The notes under the pieces are model-generated. The model was given only the letters and a program-made list of their open reading frames with translations, was not told the DNA's origin and ran no database searches. DNA of 64,000 nt, from IMG/VR virus record IMGVR_UViG_3300046171_000193, positions 1 through 64,000 of that record; one strand, 5' to 3'. This DNA is from a virus. The position numbers and the translations under genes were made by a program. Within the stretch, counting starts at the first letter, position 1. Each line of letters opens with the position of its first letter. This document shows positions 45,156 to 55,063 of this stretch, in pieces.

Positions 45156-45192
45156 AATACAGTAATATTTCAGCAAATACAAGGAAAAATAT

Positions 45193-46095
45193 ATGTCTTT
45201 TGCAAATCTAAAACGTAACAAAGATAACATCTCTAAACTCATCAAAGCAGCCGAAGCAACTGGCGGCGGCGGTGAAAAGAAATCTTATGCAGATGATCGA
45301 ATCTGGAAACCAACAGTCGATCAAGCTGGTAACGGTTACGCTATTCTACGATTCCTTCCTGCCCGTGAAGGAGCCGAACTACCTTGGGCAAGATACTGGG
45401 ACCACGGTTTTAAAGGACCAACAGGTCAATGGTATATCGAAAAATCCCTCACATCAATCGGTCAGAACGATCCAGTCGGTGAACTCAATTCTAGACTATG
45501 GAATACTGGTATCGAAGAAGACAAAGAGGCTGCACGTCGGCAGAAGCGTCGGTTGCATTATGTAACTAACGTCTATGTTGTATCTGATCCTGCTAATCCT
45601 GAACGTGAAGGCAAAGTCTTCTTGTATCAGTTTGGTAAGAAAATCCATGATAAGATTATGGATATGATGCAACCAGAATTTGCAGACGAAGATGCAATTA
45701 ATCCATTTGATATGTGGGAAGGTGCGGACTTTAAATTAAAGATCCGTAACGTTGAAGGCTATCGTAACTATGATAAGTCTGAGTTCGCAAAACAAAAACC
45801 TCTTTTAGATGGTGATGATGCGCAACTCGAAACGGTTTATGATCAGATGTATGATCTATCTGAATGGACAGATCCTACTAGCTATAAAACATATGATGAG
45901 TTAAAAACAAAACTAATGACAATTCTAGGCGAATTTGCAAATGCAGGTGAACCGACTATTGCTCAGACTCGCCAGATGAATGATCCTGAACCAGCACCTG
46001 AACCTCAGCGTGCACCAGTGACTGCTGAGAATGTCAAAGTCGAAGACGATGACGATACTCTAAGCTATTTTGCAAAGCTTGCAGAAGCCGACTAA
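45193..46095 (+). CDS. gp32: single-stranded DNA-binding protein gp32
   Basis: DDRIWKP, GNGYAILRFLP, GKKI, NYDKSEF, acidic tail. Confidence 0.95.
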   Translation: MSFANLKRNKDNISKLIKAAEATGGGGEKKSYADDRIWKPTVDQAGNGYAILRFLPAREGAELPWARYWDHGFKGPTGQWYIEKSLTSIGQNDPVGELNSRLWNTGIEEDKEAARRQKRRLHYVTNVYVVSDPANPEREGKVFLYQFGKKIHDKIMDMMQPEFADEDAINPFDMWEGADFKLKIRNVEGYRNYDKSEFAKQKPLLDGDDAQLETVYDQMYDLSEWTDPTSYKTYDELKTKLMTILGEFANAGEPTIAQTRQMNDPEPAPEPQRAPVTAENVKVEDDDDTLSYFAKLAEAD

Positions 46096-48114
46096 TTAAG
46101 GTTGAACAGGTTGATTTAAATTAAAGCCATCGGTGGCACCACCGGTGGCTACATACGTTCTACGGTCTGTAGTAGCGTTGGTATTTGTTGAACGATTATC
46201 TTGATTAATAATTATTGGTTGCAGGCCTTCCATTAAATTAGCTCGAGCTGCTTCGGCTTCAGCTAGCGCGTCTGCGGTTTGGCTATTACGATTTCTAATC
46301 CTATTATGCATTTTTGCATTACGACTATCAACTCTATTTGCGGCAGCTGATCTGGTCTCTGCATTACCTAAGCCTAAACTAAATGCCGGCATAATTTGTA
46401 CTGGAAAGTCTATACCAAGCTTGTCTAAAGCTTTACCTGTTAATCCAGCAGGTTGTTGTAATGTTACTCCTGGAAAATTAAATTGTAATGCCTCGGACAT
46501 CATAATATAGAGATTATCGCCAAGGTTACGAATAAACGTAGCTACTCTATCAAAGGCGTTTTTAAAGCCATTAATAACTGCTTTAATTTCAAATTCTACT
46601 TGTGTGGCTATCACATCTCCCATGCCACTGAATATATGACTTATATTTGAAAACAAGGTTGATACAGCAGTTAGAATACCATCTAACTTATTTGTTACAC
46701 TATCAGCCATATTTTTAACAAATTCTATTGGCCCATCAAAAAGACTTGCCACGGAAAACCCTTTACTTTCTTGTGATGGATCTTCTTTGAATATTCCTGT
46801 AATCCAATTCCATGCCGGCATTACTAAGTTATCAAAAATATATTCTCCAAATTTAAAAAGACCTGGAGCAATACCAGTTAAGTTTGTCCAAAGATTCTTA
46901 AATGCTTCTTTCGGATTTGTAAATAAATCTTTTACAAACAAATATGCAGCTTCTATTACTTTAAATGGTGCAGCAACTAAATTTCCAATAGTTTCTTCAA
47001 AACTAAATTCTGACATTTTAGTAGATGCCCAGCTTGCCCATCCTTCAGTAGTTACTTTTCCATTTTCATCTCTTTTCACGCCAAATATTTTGTCAAAGAT
47101 CCAATTAATTCCTGATTTCAAAAGATCGAATGGTGCACCGATAAAGTCACCAACAAAGCCGCCGATGCCTTCACCTAATTTACCAATTACAGTTTGCGCA
47201 TCGCTTTCCATATAAGCTTTTATACCATCAAATGCAGCAAACACCAGGCCGATTGGGTAGAATACTTTTTTGAATACAGCAAGAATTAATCTACCGCCTG
47301 CACCAACAAATTTTGAGATGCCTTTAAATATGTCGCCTTTAAAGAAACCACCGATTGCACTAGTAAAAGATCGTATCGGCCTAAACAAACTGTTTAGTTG
47401 TATTCCAACTCTACCAATTACTCTTGCTATAGGTGATGCATCTTCAGCAGCGTCTCCTGTTAATTTAAGCATTTTACCGGTTGCTGGATCAATACCAAAT
47501 TTTGTCAAGATGCTTGATCTAAATAAATCAAAGGCTTCACCTATTATTTGAGTAAAACCTTTTGGATATGCCACCTTAGGAATAAATCCTTTTGGCCCAA
47601 CTCTAGAACCATTTGCTAAAAGTTTTCCATTCATTGGATCTATGCCAAAAAATCTAGCAACGCTTACTCTTAGAAGATCCATAGCATCGCCGATTCTTGT
47701 AGCAATAGCTCCAGGAAATAATCCTCTTAATCTTGTCCCTACAGATTTTATGTTTTTAATAGCGTCAAGTTCCCATCCTCTAATTCCTTCAAAGGCAAGA
47801 AGAACTCCTGCAACAGCAGCAGTAAGTCCGGCAACCATTTTAGCAAGGTTCCCGGCCATCATAACCAGCGAATTGACACCACTAGTTAAGTCATCTAATC
47901 CTGGAAATGCCATTATCTTGCTTAGATCAAATTCACCAGAGCCTGCTTTTTTGGCTTCACGTTCAGCTTCCATTCTATCTGGAGCTCCGCGTTCGTCTTT
48001 TAGAAATTGTTTCTTAAAAACACGTCCTAAGTCGTTAATAGCAGAAGTTGTATCATCCTGCTTTTGCTCTTGCGAGAGCATGACTCGCATGACGTCATCT
48101 AATGTTGCTGACAT
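46096..48114 (-). CDS. tape-measure protein (gp29-like)
   Basis: Long amphipathic F/W/G-rich helical protein downstream of the tube and chaperone genes. Confidence 0.65.
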   Translation of the reverse strand: MSATLDDVMRVMLSQEQKQDDTTSAINDLGRVFKKQFLKDERGAPDRMEAEREAKKAGSGEFDLSKIMAFPGLDDLTSGVNSLVMMAGNLAKMVAGLTAAVAGVLLAFEGIRGWELDAIKNIKSVGTRLRGLFPGAIATRIGDAMDLLRVSVARFFGIDPMNGKLLANGSRVGPKGFIPKVAYPKGFTQIIGEAFDLFRSSILTKFGIDPATGKMLKLTGDAAEDASPIARVIGRVGIQLNSLFRPIRSFTSAIGGFFKGDIFKGISKFVGAGGRLILAVFKKVFYPIGLVFAAFDGIKAYMESDAQTVIGKLGEGIGGFVGDFIGAPFDLLKSGINWIFDKIFGVKRDENGKVTTEGWASWASTKMSEFSFEETIGNLVAAPFKVIEAAYLFVKDLFTNPKEAFKNLWTNLTGIAPGLFKFGEYIFDNLVMPAWNWITGIFKEDPSQESKGFSVASLFDGPIEFVKNMADSVTNKLDGILTAVSTLFSNISHIFSGMGDVIATQVEFEIKAVINGFKNAFDRVATFIRNLGDNLYIMMSEALQFNFPGVTLQQPAGLTGKALDKLGIDFPVQIMPAFSLGLGNAETRSAAANRVDSRNAKMHNRIRNRNSQTADALAEAEAARANLMEGLQPIIINQDNRSTNTNATTDRRTYVATGGATDGFNLNQPVQP

Positions 48115-48124
48115 TACGTTCTAC

Positions 48125-48316
48125 CTAATTTCGTTTTTGTTGTTTAGCTTTATCGTTTTCTTCTCTGATATGTTCTATCAATAATGTTAAGTAAATCTCC
48201 CTTTCCCACGGCATCATGTTTTCTATTTCACTTAACGAATAATGATGATGTTGCATCAAACTAAAATTCGTTTTATAGTGTCCAACCAAGGACTCGTGAG
48301 AAAGGCATACTACAAA
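48125..48316 (-). CDS. gp51-like ORF, probably a -1 frameshift extension of gp26
   Basis: SHESLVGHYKTNFSLMQHHHYSLSEIENMMPWEREIY; open from the TTTTTTG site at 48313-48319. Confidence 0.75.
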   Translation of the reverse strand, partial: FVVCLSHESLVGHYKTNFSLMQHHHYSLSEIENMMPWEREIYLTLLIEHIREENDKAKQQKRN

Positions 48317-49011
48317 AAATCCTGCATACCTTGTAATTCAACATTATTATCATGGCCACATTTTCCACACTTAAATTCTAATGTATGTTTCATTTGTGGC
48401 ATTGCTTCCATAAATTCTCTTAGCTTTGTAAATTGATCACCAGATAGTGATTCAATGAAAGCTTGTCTATCAGCTGCAGATTCATCCTTAAACATAATCT
48501 TTTCTTCTGCGGTTTCAACTGATTCAATACATCGTTCTATCATAGCAAATGTCATTTCGGTTTGACTTTTAAAATCACTTAAATCTGTAATATCATTATA
48601 TCTTGGCCATCTCATAACTAAATTGATATTATCAGCAATCTCTAATTTATTATCAATATCCGGAACATCTATTGTAACCTCTTCAATCGGAATCACCATT
48701 TCATTTGGATGTTCACAACTTTCACATTTTAAACCGGCCTTTACTGTTTCACCAACCGACTTAGCTCTAATTCTTGTAAAAAGATATTCTACGTCAAATG
48801 TTGTTAATTTATTTTTTTCAATTGGATCCGACACACAAGCTTCTATAGTATCAACTACCGCAGCCATTGCTTGCTTTTGGTCTTGTGTTTCCATTGCCAT
48901 CATTAAAACCTTTTCTTCCTTTACGAGATAAGGTCTAAATCTCACTGTTTGTTTCGTCGACGGAACTACCGCTTCATATTTGGGTGCCGTGTTTATTTTT
49001 GGTAAAGCCAT
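48310..49011 (-). CDS. gp26: baseplate hub assembly chaperone gp26-like
   Basis: MALPK..., FRPYLVKEEK, RAKSVGE, two CxxC motifs. Confidence 0.85.
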   Translation of the reverse strand: MALPKINTAPKYEAVVPSTKQTVRFRPYLVKEEKVLMMAMETQDQKQAMAAVVDTIEACVSDPIEKNKLTTFDVEYLFTRIRAKSVGETVKAGLKCESCEHPNEMVIPIEEVTIDVPDIDNKLEIADNINLVMRWPRYNDITDLSDFKSQTEMTFAMIERCIESVETAEEKIMFKDESAADRQAFIESLSGDQFTKLREFMEAMPQMKHTLEFKCGKCGHDNNVELQGMQDFL

Positions 49012-49028
49012 TATATAACCTCATAAGC

Positions 49029-49628
49029 TTAAATTTCAAACCAGTCTTTATACGATAACTGGACATTCAGTTCAACTAATCCGTTCGGATCATTGTTTAA
49101 TTGTATTGCATTCATAGTAGTGCAAAATGCATCTACTAGTTTACAACTATATATCTTCTGTTCGTCAGAATACACATCAGCATCAAGGCTAATGTTAAAA
49201 GGACCAAAAGAAAATGATTGATCAAAAAACCCTGGTATATCATATGCTAAGCCGTGCTTTAACTGATGTATAGTTACGTCACGCGTATATGTAGTCGGGT
49301 AATTCAATTCTTTTGTAATATGATTTGCAGCAAGTTCTTGCCAGTGTTCAAAATACGTCTTTACGCCATAATCATTTGTGACTAAGAATGTCATTGAAAC
49401 ATCTTCAGCAGCATAACCATATGCTACTTTGATTTGTTTCATTCCGATTACGCGTTCGTTTGATAGTACTTGTCTACCAGGTAATTGTATATCTCTACAC
49501 AGAAGGTTAAGACCTCGAGTATCTGCCTGAGCCAGTCCAGGCAACGCCGGCAGGTTAACCTGAAACATATTACTTCTGGCTGGACCGCTGCGTACTGCAC
49601 CTTTTAAGTCATCAACTGATAATGGCAT
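49029..49628 (-). CDS. tail tube family protein (gp54/gp19-like)
   Basis: ARSNMFQV, LPGR, W-Q, VQLSY. Confidence 0.75.
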   Translation of the reverse strand: MPLSVDDLKGAVRSGPARSNMFQVNLPALPGLAQADTRGLNLLCRDIQLPGRQVLSNERVIGMKQIKVAYGYAAEDVSMTFLVTNDYGVKTYFEHWQELAANHITKELNYPTTYTRDVTIHQLKHGLAYDIPGFFDQSFSFGPFNISLDADVYSDEQKIYSCKLVDAFCTTMNAIQLNNDPNGLVELNVQLSYKDWFEI

Positions 49629-50212
49629 TAAATCATACTCCTAGAATCTTTGTATACTTTAGATCTACCAGCTTTCTGAAAATCAGCGGTTGGTAAAAAC
49701 GTTGCGATCTCCCACTCAGGTGGAGGTACATATGCAAATCTACTTCGTACGTTAGAATTTAAATAGTGTTTGTAACACGGCTTAAAATGTTTTAACGAAG
49801 ATGTTTGTTTTAGAGTATTATATGTCACTTGAAATTTTGTTGTTTCATCAAACTTTTTATTGCTTGCAATATCCATTAGTGCATCAAGTAATTTTGCACG
49901 AAGTGTTGCAGGAAGATAATGTAGATTTAAACCGTAAAATCCACCTGGCGCAGGACCTACAACAACTGTTAATGGAAAGCTATCATAGTACGGTAGCTTT
50001 TCTTTTGTCTTAGGATCGTAGAAATACATGTACATGTTTCCTGCAATACCACGGCTTTTTAATTCAACCGGTTCTTCTTTCATCAGCGCATTACGATTTA
50101 CTCTGCCCATAGCCTGAGCCTTCTGGCGAAACCAGTTCATTGACTCTTTACTACGTGGCGTGATACCTGCTCGAAATGCTTCGAACTCTAGCTTTTGAAA
50201 TATATTACTCAT
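49628..50212 (-). CDS. gp2: DNA end protector gp2
   Basis: YDPKTK.KLPYYD.FPL, GLNLHYLP. Confidence 0.9.
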   Translation of the reverse strand: MSNIFQKLEFEAFRAGITPRSKESMNWFRQKAQAMGRVNRNALMKEEPVELKSRGIAGNMYMYFYDPKTKEKLPYYDSFPLTVVVGPAPGGFYGLNLHYLPATLRAKLLDALMDIASNKKFDETTKFQVTYNTLKQTSSLKHFKPCYKHYLNSNVRSRFAYVPPPEWEIATFLPTADFQKAGRSKVYKDSRSMI

Positions 50213-50217
50213 AGCAC

Positions 50218-50225
50218 TATTTATA
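50218..50225 (-). promoter_or_regulatory. late promoter TATAAATA
   Basis: Exact match just upstream of gp2. Confidence 0.75.
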
Positions 50226-50227
50226 TA

Positions 50228-50710
50228 CTATTTTTTCTTTTTTCTCACGGGCCCGAGAGGTTTTAGCGGCTTAATATATTTTGGCATGATCTTCATTTCC
50301 TGCAAAGTCTTTTCAGTCCATATCTGAAACTGCCAGCCACGATCCACAGAATACTTTTGTGCAGCTTCCCACTTATTCATATTCTTTACATAAGTAAAAG
50401 CTTCGTTAATATATTTCTTTGTACGCTTCTGTCCCTTTGGAGGTCTAGTCTCTTTATCAGGTTTAATCTCAACCAATAGAGTTTGATTCTCCATTACAAT
50501 TTTAAGGTCTGGAAAGTACCTATGATACCGCTTATCACCATCGTAATAGTATGGAACCACGACCTCTTCACTCGACCAAGACTTTACTTTTGGATTTTCA
50601 TCACACCATTTAAAGCAATGTCTTTCCCACATTGATCTAAATATAACACCGGTATGATCTCCAGCGTACTTCTTTGGGTTTTTAACTTTGTATTTTCCTG
50701 AATAAGCCAT
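50228..50710 (-). CDS. gp4: head completion nuclease gp4
   Basis: NPKKYAGD, RSMWE, WSSEE, YFPD, EIKP, NMNKW. Confidence 0.92.
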   Translation of the reverse strand: MAYSGKYKVKNPKKYAGDHTGVIFRSMWERHCFKWCDENPKVKSWSSEEVVVPYYYDGDKRYHRYFPDLKIVMENQTLLVEIKPDKETRPPKGQKRTKKYINEAFTYVKNMNKWEAAQKYSVDRGWQFQIWTEKTLQEMKIMPKYIKPLKPLGPVRKKKK

Positions 50711-50717
50711 ATAAATA
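50710..50717 (+). promoter_or_regulatory. late promoter TATAAATA for the baseplate operon
   Basis: Exact match; an opposing AATAAATA lies at 50734-50741 on the minus strand. Confidence 0.75.
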
Positions 50718-50750
50718 GTTCTAACTTTCTTTGTATTTATTGGAAAAAAT

Positions 50751-52001
50751 ATGTCACTATCACAGCCAAAATATAAATATCCGATCGAAGATCAAAACGA
50801 TTATAAGGCCAGGGTATATTTTACAACTATTATCGAAGAACCTCCCACAATAGATCCATCAGCATTCGAGAATGAAGGTAATGATATTGGTTTAATTAGC
50901 GCAGCACAATTTTTAGGTAATGCTGTCACTGCAGGTATCCGTGCAGGTAAGAGTACTAAAGGTGAAACAGTTAAACTTTATTTGCCTCCTGCTATTCAGG
51001 TACAAGATGGTGTAAATTTTGAAGGAGCCGAATTAGGTGTGCGTGGTGGTGCTGCTCTTTCAGCTGCACAAGGCGGAGATGAAACGACTTTGGCCGAGAT
51101 TGCATCAAATACTTTAGGCTTAGGTACAGTTGATAAATTGATGACTGCAATCAAAGATCCAGAAGTTGCTAGGGCAGTAATATCAGGTGTTGCGGGCGTG
51201 AGTGGTAGAGGTCAAAACGTTGTTAATTCAGCAACACAAACCACATTAAATCCTAATATACGAGCTGTCTTTAAATCGGTTAATTTAAGAGAACATAGTT
51301 TTGCATTTAAATTTATACCACGATCTCAAGAAGAAGCTCAAGAGGTAAGAGCAATTATTGATTGGTTTAGAATGGAGCTTTATCCAGAACCAACTGCAGA
51401 TATTGGTGGTCTAAAAGTAGCATATAAGTTTCCAAACAAATTCTTAATTCGTATGAGATATGGTGCAAATACTCCTATCGTAACACAATACATACGGTCT
51501 CATTTAATTAATATGACAACTAACTATAACCCTTCTAATATGTCTTTTTATTATGATGGAGAATTTCAAGAGATCGATCTTACATTAAACTTTAGAGAAT
51601 ATAGAACATTAAGTAAGGAAGACATTCGAGCAGGATACGACGATCTTGATGATCCAGATAAAGTTATAGCTCAAAACTATGACTTTACTAATTTTCCAAC
51701 ATATGCTCCTCCTGGTTCGTCGCCATCTCCAGCATCTTCTGCTTCGCAAGGCTATCCACAGTATACAGCGCCTGCAACACGGGACTTTATTAATAGTTAT
51801 TCAAAGGGTGCACCGGCCTGGAATCAAGCTCAATACGAAGAAGCATCGGGCATTCGTAATGCTACTTGGGGAACTACAAATCCACCAGCATTTGCAGGTG
51901 AACCTGGAGGACCACCTTTAGGAGACCCACTTAATAGAGGTTATAGTCCTTATTATGGTGGACCTTACAATAACTACGATAAGAAAACAGGACCGTTCTA
52001 A
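50751..52001 (+). CDS. gp48: baseplate tail-tube cap gp48 with a low-complexity C-terminal extension
   Basis: NPN...FKSVNLREHSFAFKFIPRSQEEA; TLNFRE. Confidence 0.8.
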   Translation: MSLSQPKYKYPIEDQNDYKARVYFTTIIEEPPTIDPSAFENEGNDIGLISAAQFLGNAVTAGIRAGKSTKGETVKLYLPPAIQVQDGVNFEGAELGVRGGAALSAAQGGDETTLAEIASNTLGLGTVDKLMTAIKDPEVARAVISGVAGVSGRGQNVVNSATQTTLNPNIRAVFKSVNLREHSFAFKFIPRSQEEAQEVRAIIDWFRMELYPEPTADIGGLKVAYKFPNKFLIRMRYGANTPIVTQYIRSHLINMTTNYNPSNMSFYYDGEFQEIDLTLNFREYRTLSKEDIRAGYDDLDDPDKVIAQNYDFTNFPTYAPPGSSPSPASSASQGYPQYTAPATRDFINSYSKGAPAWNQAQYEEASGIRNATWGTTNPPAFAGEPGGPPLGDPLNRGYSPYYGGPYNNYDKKTGPF

Positions 52002-52729
52002 TGAGTAATTATTTCAGAAATTTTCCGGTTCAAGCTTATTCATTTGGCTCTAGCTTACCTGCTGTTGCTTTTCAAAATTTAACTGCATACGTTGATGTAA
52101 TCGACCACATAAAAGATAATTCTTCTTTTTATGGTTATTACTACATTCAAGAAGGCGATAGAGCAGATCAAGTATCTCAGTACATGTATGGTGATATGAA
52201 ATACTATTGGACGTTCTACTTGTTAAATGATCATATTCGTGAACAAGGTTGGCCTTTATCTTATCCAGAACTTATAAAGATGATTCAAAAACTGCATCCA
52301 AATACTGTTCTAGAAACAAAAGATGTTTTAACTGGAATATTTAAAGTAGGTCAAACTGTACAAGGATCGTCGTCAGGTGCAACTGGAACAATCGCACACA
52401 GAAATCTTGATCTTGGTCAAATCGTGATTGAAGGTACGCATTCTTTTAATTCAACAGAAACTATTACATCTCAAGTTGGTGATGTTGTACAGTCAGTACA
52501 GTTAATTAGTGCAGTTGACGAACCTAACTCTACAAGATATTATATTGACGGCGACTCAAAACATTGGGATATAAATCCATATGATGATAGACCTGCTCTA
52601 TACACGCCTGTTACTCATTACGAATATTATGCTCAACAAAATGATGGATTAAAAAGAATAAAAATGTTTAAACCCAGTCAGGTAGAAAACATTGCAAGAG
52701 AGTTTCAGGAAATAATCAGAAATGTCTAG
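52001..52729 (+). CDS. gp53: baseplate wedge gp53
   Basis: YFRNFP, EGDRAD..S..MYG...YYW, WP. Confidence 0.85.
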   Translation: MSNYFRNFPVQAYSFGSSLPAVAFQNLTAYVDVIDHIKDNSSFYGYYYIQEGDRADQVSQYMYGDMKYYWTFYLLNDHIREQGWPLSYPELIKMIQKLHPNTVLETKDVLTGIFKVGQTVQGSSSGATGTIAHRNLDLGQIVIEGTHSFNSTETITSQVGDVVQSVQLISAVDEPNSTRYYIDGDSKHWDINPYDDRPALYTPVTHYEYYAQQNDGLKRIKMFKPSQVENIAREFQEIIRNV

Positions 52730-54170
52730 CTATACTCCTAAGGATCCTAGGGAATATAAGTTATATTCTATATTCTTATTAAATCCGAGAACTACTCATC
52801 AGGTTAATATTACCCAGGGATTAATAAGCTTTAATATATTTGAGCATTTAGATAAGCCTTATCTGACTGGTGTTCTTACCTTTGCAGATACAAGTCGAAT
52901 ATTAGAGATGACAGACTTTAAAGGCACTGAACGTATTATTATAAAAATGGGTTTACACCAAAGTGACAAAATATTAGAAAAACAGTTTATTGTTAGAAAT
53001 GTAAAAGAAGCGATTCCGTCAACAGATACTGATAATGTTATTACTATTAATCTTATTGAGTATGATGGATTTGTTGGTACCTTACGAATATTAAATAAAG
53101 CATATGATGGTAAGCCTGGTGTTATTATTAATGATATGCTTAGAGACGTATATGGAAATAAGAAAATTGCTGTTCGAGGTGAAGGCGCAGAAATACTACA
53201 AGAAGAAAACTGGAATGTTGCAAATGATGTTCCAACAGAAGTATTAAGCGCAATAACAGAAGCAAACTCTAACGAACTACAAGCTGCGATTCGATATATA
53301 GCTCCGAATGTAAATATATTTGAAGCAATAGAATTTATTACAGCAAGAGTAACAGGCCTAACTGGTACACCATTTTATTGTTATGCATGTTTAGCCGATG
53401 AGAATTTGAGATTTTATGATTTATTTAATTTGATCCGTCGTCCAAGTGTAAATTATCAAACACCATTTTTATATTCTGGTAATATTACACAGAACGCTAA
53501 TATCAATACTGATGTCACACGATTAGCTTCAGAATTAACAATGTCAGAAAATGACAATACGCTTGAGATGATTTTAGCCGGTAATTTAGGATCTACATAT
53601 GAATTTGTAGATCCGACTCATGGATTAGAATACACTTTTAATTTTGATTTAGATGAGGTTTTTAAAAATATATTAGGACCAACATCACATCCAGTAGCAG
53701 ACACGCGTGCATATTTTGGTGACAGACCATTAAGTAAATATCAAAGCAAAAGAATTAATTTAATGGCTCCATCATTATTATACTATGATCAAAAGAATCC
53801 TTACGAAGAATATAACACTGCAGCACATACCTCTAAAGCAGTACAAAAGGTAGTAAGAGGATTATTAGGTCAAGAGGCAATTACGATAACTGTACCGGGT
53901 GTACACACTATGCCTCAAGGAAATAACGGTAATAAAACAATCGGTCGTGTTATTACATTTGTATCACTAGGTGATATGCAACAGCACGATCAACCTTTAG
54001 ATAGACGAAGATCAGGTGACTATTTGGTATATGCGGCATGCCATTCTTTTACTAATGATGCTTACAACTGTAAAATGGATTTAGTGAAGCTATCGAATTA
54101 TGAAGGCAATACAAAAGTATACGATGAACCGCCAGCTATGAGCGAAAATGCAGGAGCTGGCCCACAATGA
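52722..54170 (+). CDS. baseplate hub protein (gp27-like)
   Basis: Position between gp53 and gp5; SGDYLV..ACH. Confidence 0.6.
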   Translation: MSSYTPKDPREYKLYSIFLLNPRTTHQVNITQGLISFNIFEHLDKPYLTGVLTFADTSRILEMTDFKGTERIIIKMGLHQSDKILEKQFIVRNVKEAIPSTDTDNVITINLIEYDGFVGTLRILNKAYDGKPGVIINDMLRDVYGNKKIAVRGEGAEILQEENWNVANDVPTEVLSAITEANSNELQAAIRYIAPNVNIFEAIEFITARVTGLTGTPFYCYACLADENLRFYDLFNLIRRPSVNYQTPFLYSGNITQNANINTDVTRLASELTMSENDNTLEMILAGNLGSTYEFVDPTHGLEYTFNFDLDEVFKNILGPTSHPVADTRAYFGDRPLSKYQSKRINLMAPSLLYYDQKNPYEEYNTAAHTSKAVQKVVRGLLGQEAITITVPGVHTMPQGNNGNKTIGRVITFVSLGDMQQHDQPLDRRRSGDYLVYAACHSFTNDAYNCKMDLVKLSNYEGNTKVYDEPPAMSENAGAGPQ

Positions 54171-55063
54171 TGGAATTTTACGGAGATAATGTTAGATGGT
54201 GGATTGGCATTGTTGTTAATGTATTAGATCCTTTACAACTTGGTCGTGCACAAGTGAGAATCTTTGGTATACATTCTAGGGACAATCAGCAAATTCCTAC
54301 CGGAGCATTACCATGGGCCACTGTATTGACGCCTAATGTAGGCGGTGTATCTGGCATAGGGTTTACACCACAATTACTTCCTGGTGCACAAGTATTTGGA
54401 ATATTTTTAGATGGTAAATCATCGCAAGCTCCTTGTGTGATTGGAGCCATGCCACGTATTGAAATACCATCAGAACAACAACTTGCTTCTGAGCAGTGGA
54501 AAGCCGGTGCACAAGGGCAAGAGTCAATGGCGGATCCTGGTAATAGAACAGATGGTGGTGTAGATTATCAGCCATTACCGGTATTAGGATCTAATCAAGA
54601 TAGAATTACACAAGCCTATGATTATTTTAGAAATCAAGGCTACACAAAAGAACAGGCAGCTGGAATTGTTGGCAATCTTATGGTAGAATCACGATTCAAC
54701 GGTCAAGAATTAAACATTAACGCGGTTAATTATAATGATCAAGGACAAGGACAGCACTCTCGTGGCCTTGCACAATGGGGTCCAGGTCGCAGAACTATTT
54801 TTGAACAGTGGTCTGGTAAGGGATGGAATACTGCAACATTTGAAGATCAATTGGGGTTTGTTGTACATGAGTTAAATAACGCTGATAATTATAATGGAGC
54901 GTTAAATGTAAAAGCAAATACGAATCTAAAATCTGCTAAAACCATAGATCAAGCTGCTACTATATTTGATCAACAATATGAAAGAAGTTCAGGAGAGCAT
55001 ACCGATAAGCGAATACGAGAAGGGTATCGAGTACTGCAACTGGCTGAAGGAACTGCAATTTAA
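54167..55063 (+). CDS. gp5 N-terminal OB domain fused to a phage tail lysozyme (Phage_lysozyme2-like)
   Basis: DPLQLGRAQVR, LPWA, VFGIFLDG; AAGIVGNLMVES, GLAQW, YER. Confidence 0.85.
   Translation: MMEFYGDNVRWWIGIVVNVLDPLQLGRAQVRIFGIHSRDNQQIPTGALPWATVLTPNVGGVSGIGFTPQLLPGAQVFGIFLDGKSSQAPCVIGAMPRIEIPSEQQLASEQWKAGAQGQESMADPGNRTDGGVDYQPLPVLGSNQDRITQAYDYFRNQGYTKEQAAGIVGNLMVESRFNGQELNINAVNYNDQGQGQHSRGLAQWGPGRRTIFEQWSGKGWNTATFEDQLGFVVHELNNADNYNGALNVKANTNLKSAKTIDQAATIFDQQYERSSGEHTDKRIREGYRVLQLAEGTAI

Noticed and set aside
46787-48931. Plus-strand ORFs opposite the tape measure and gp26 (and similar shadows, e.g. 6207-6704, 8833-9372, 18064-18396)
   Set aside because: Antisense shadows of well-supported genes
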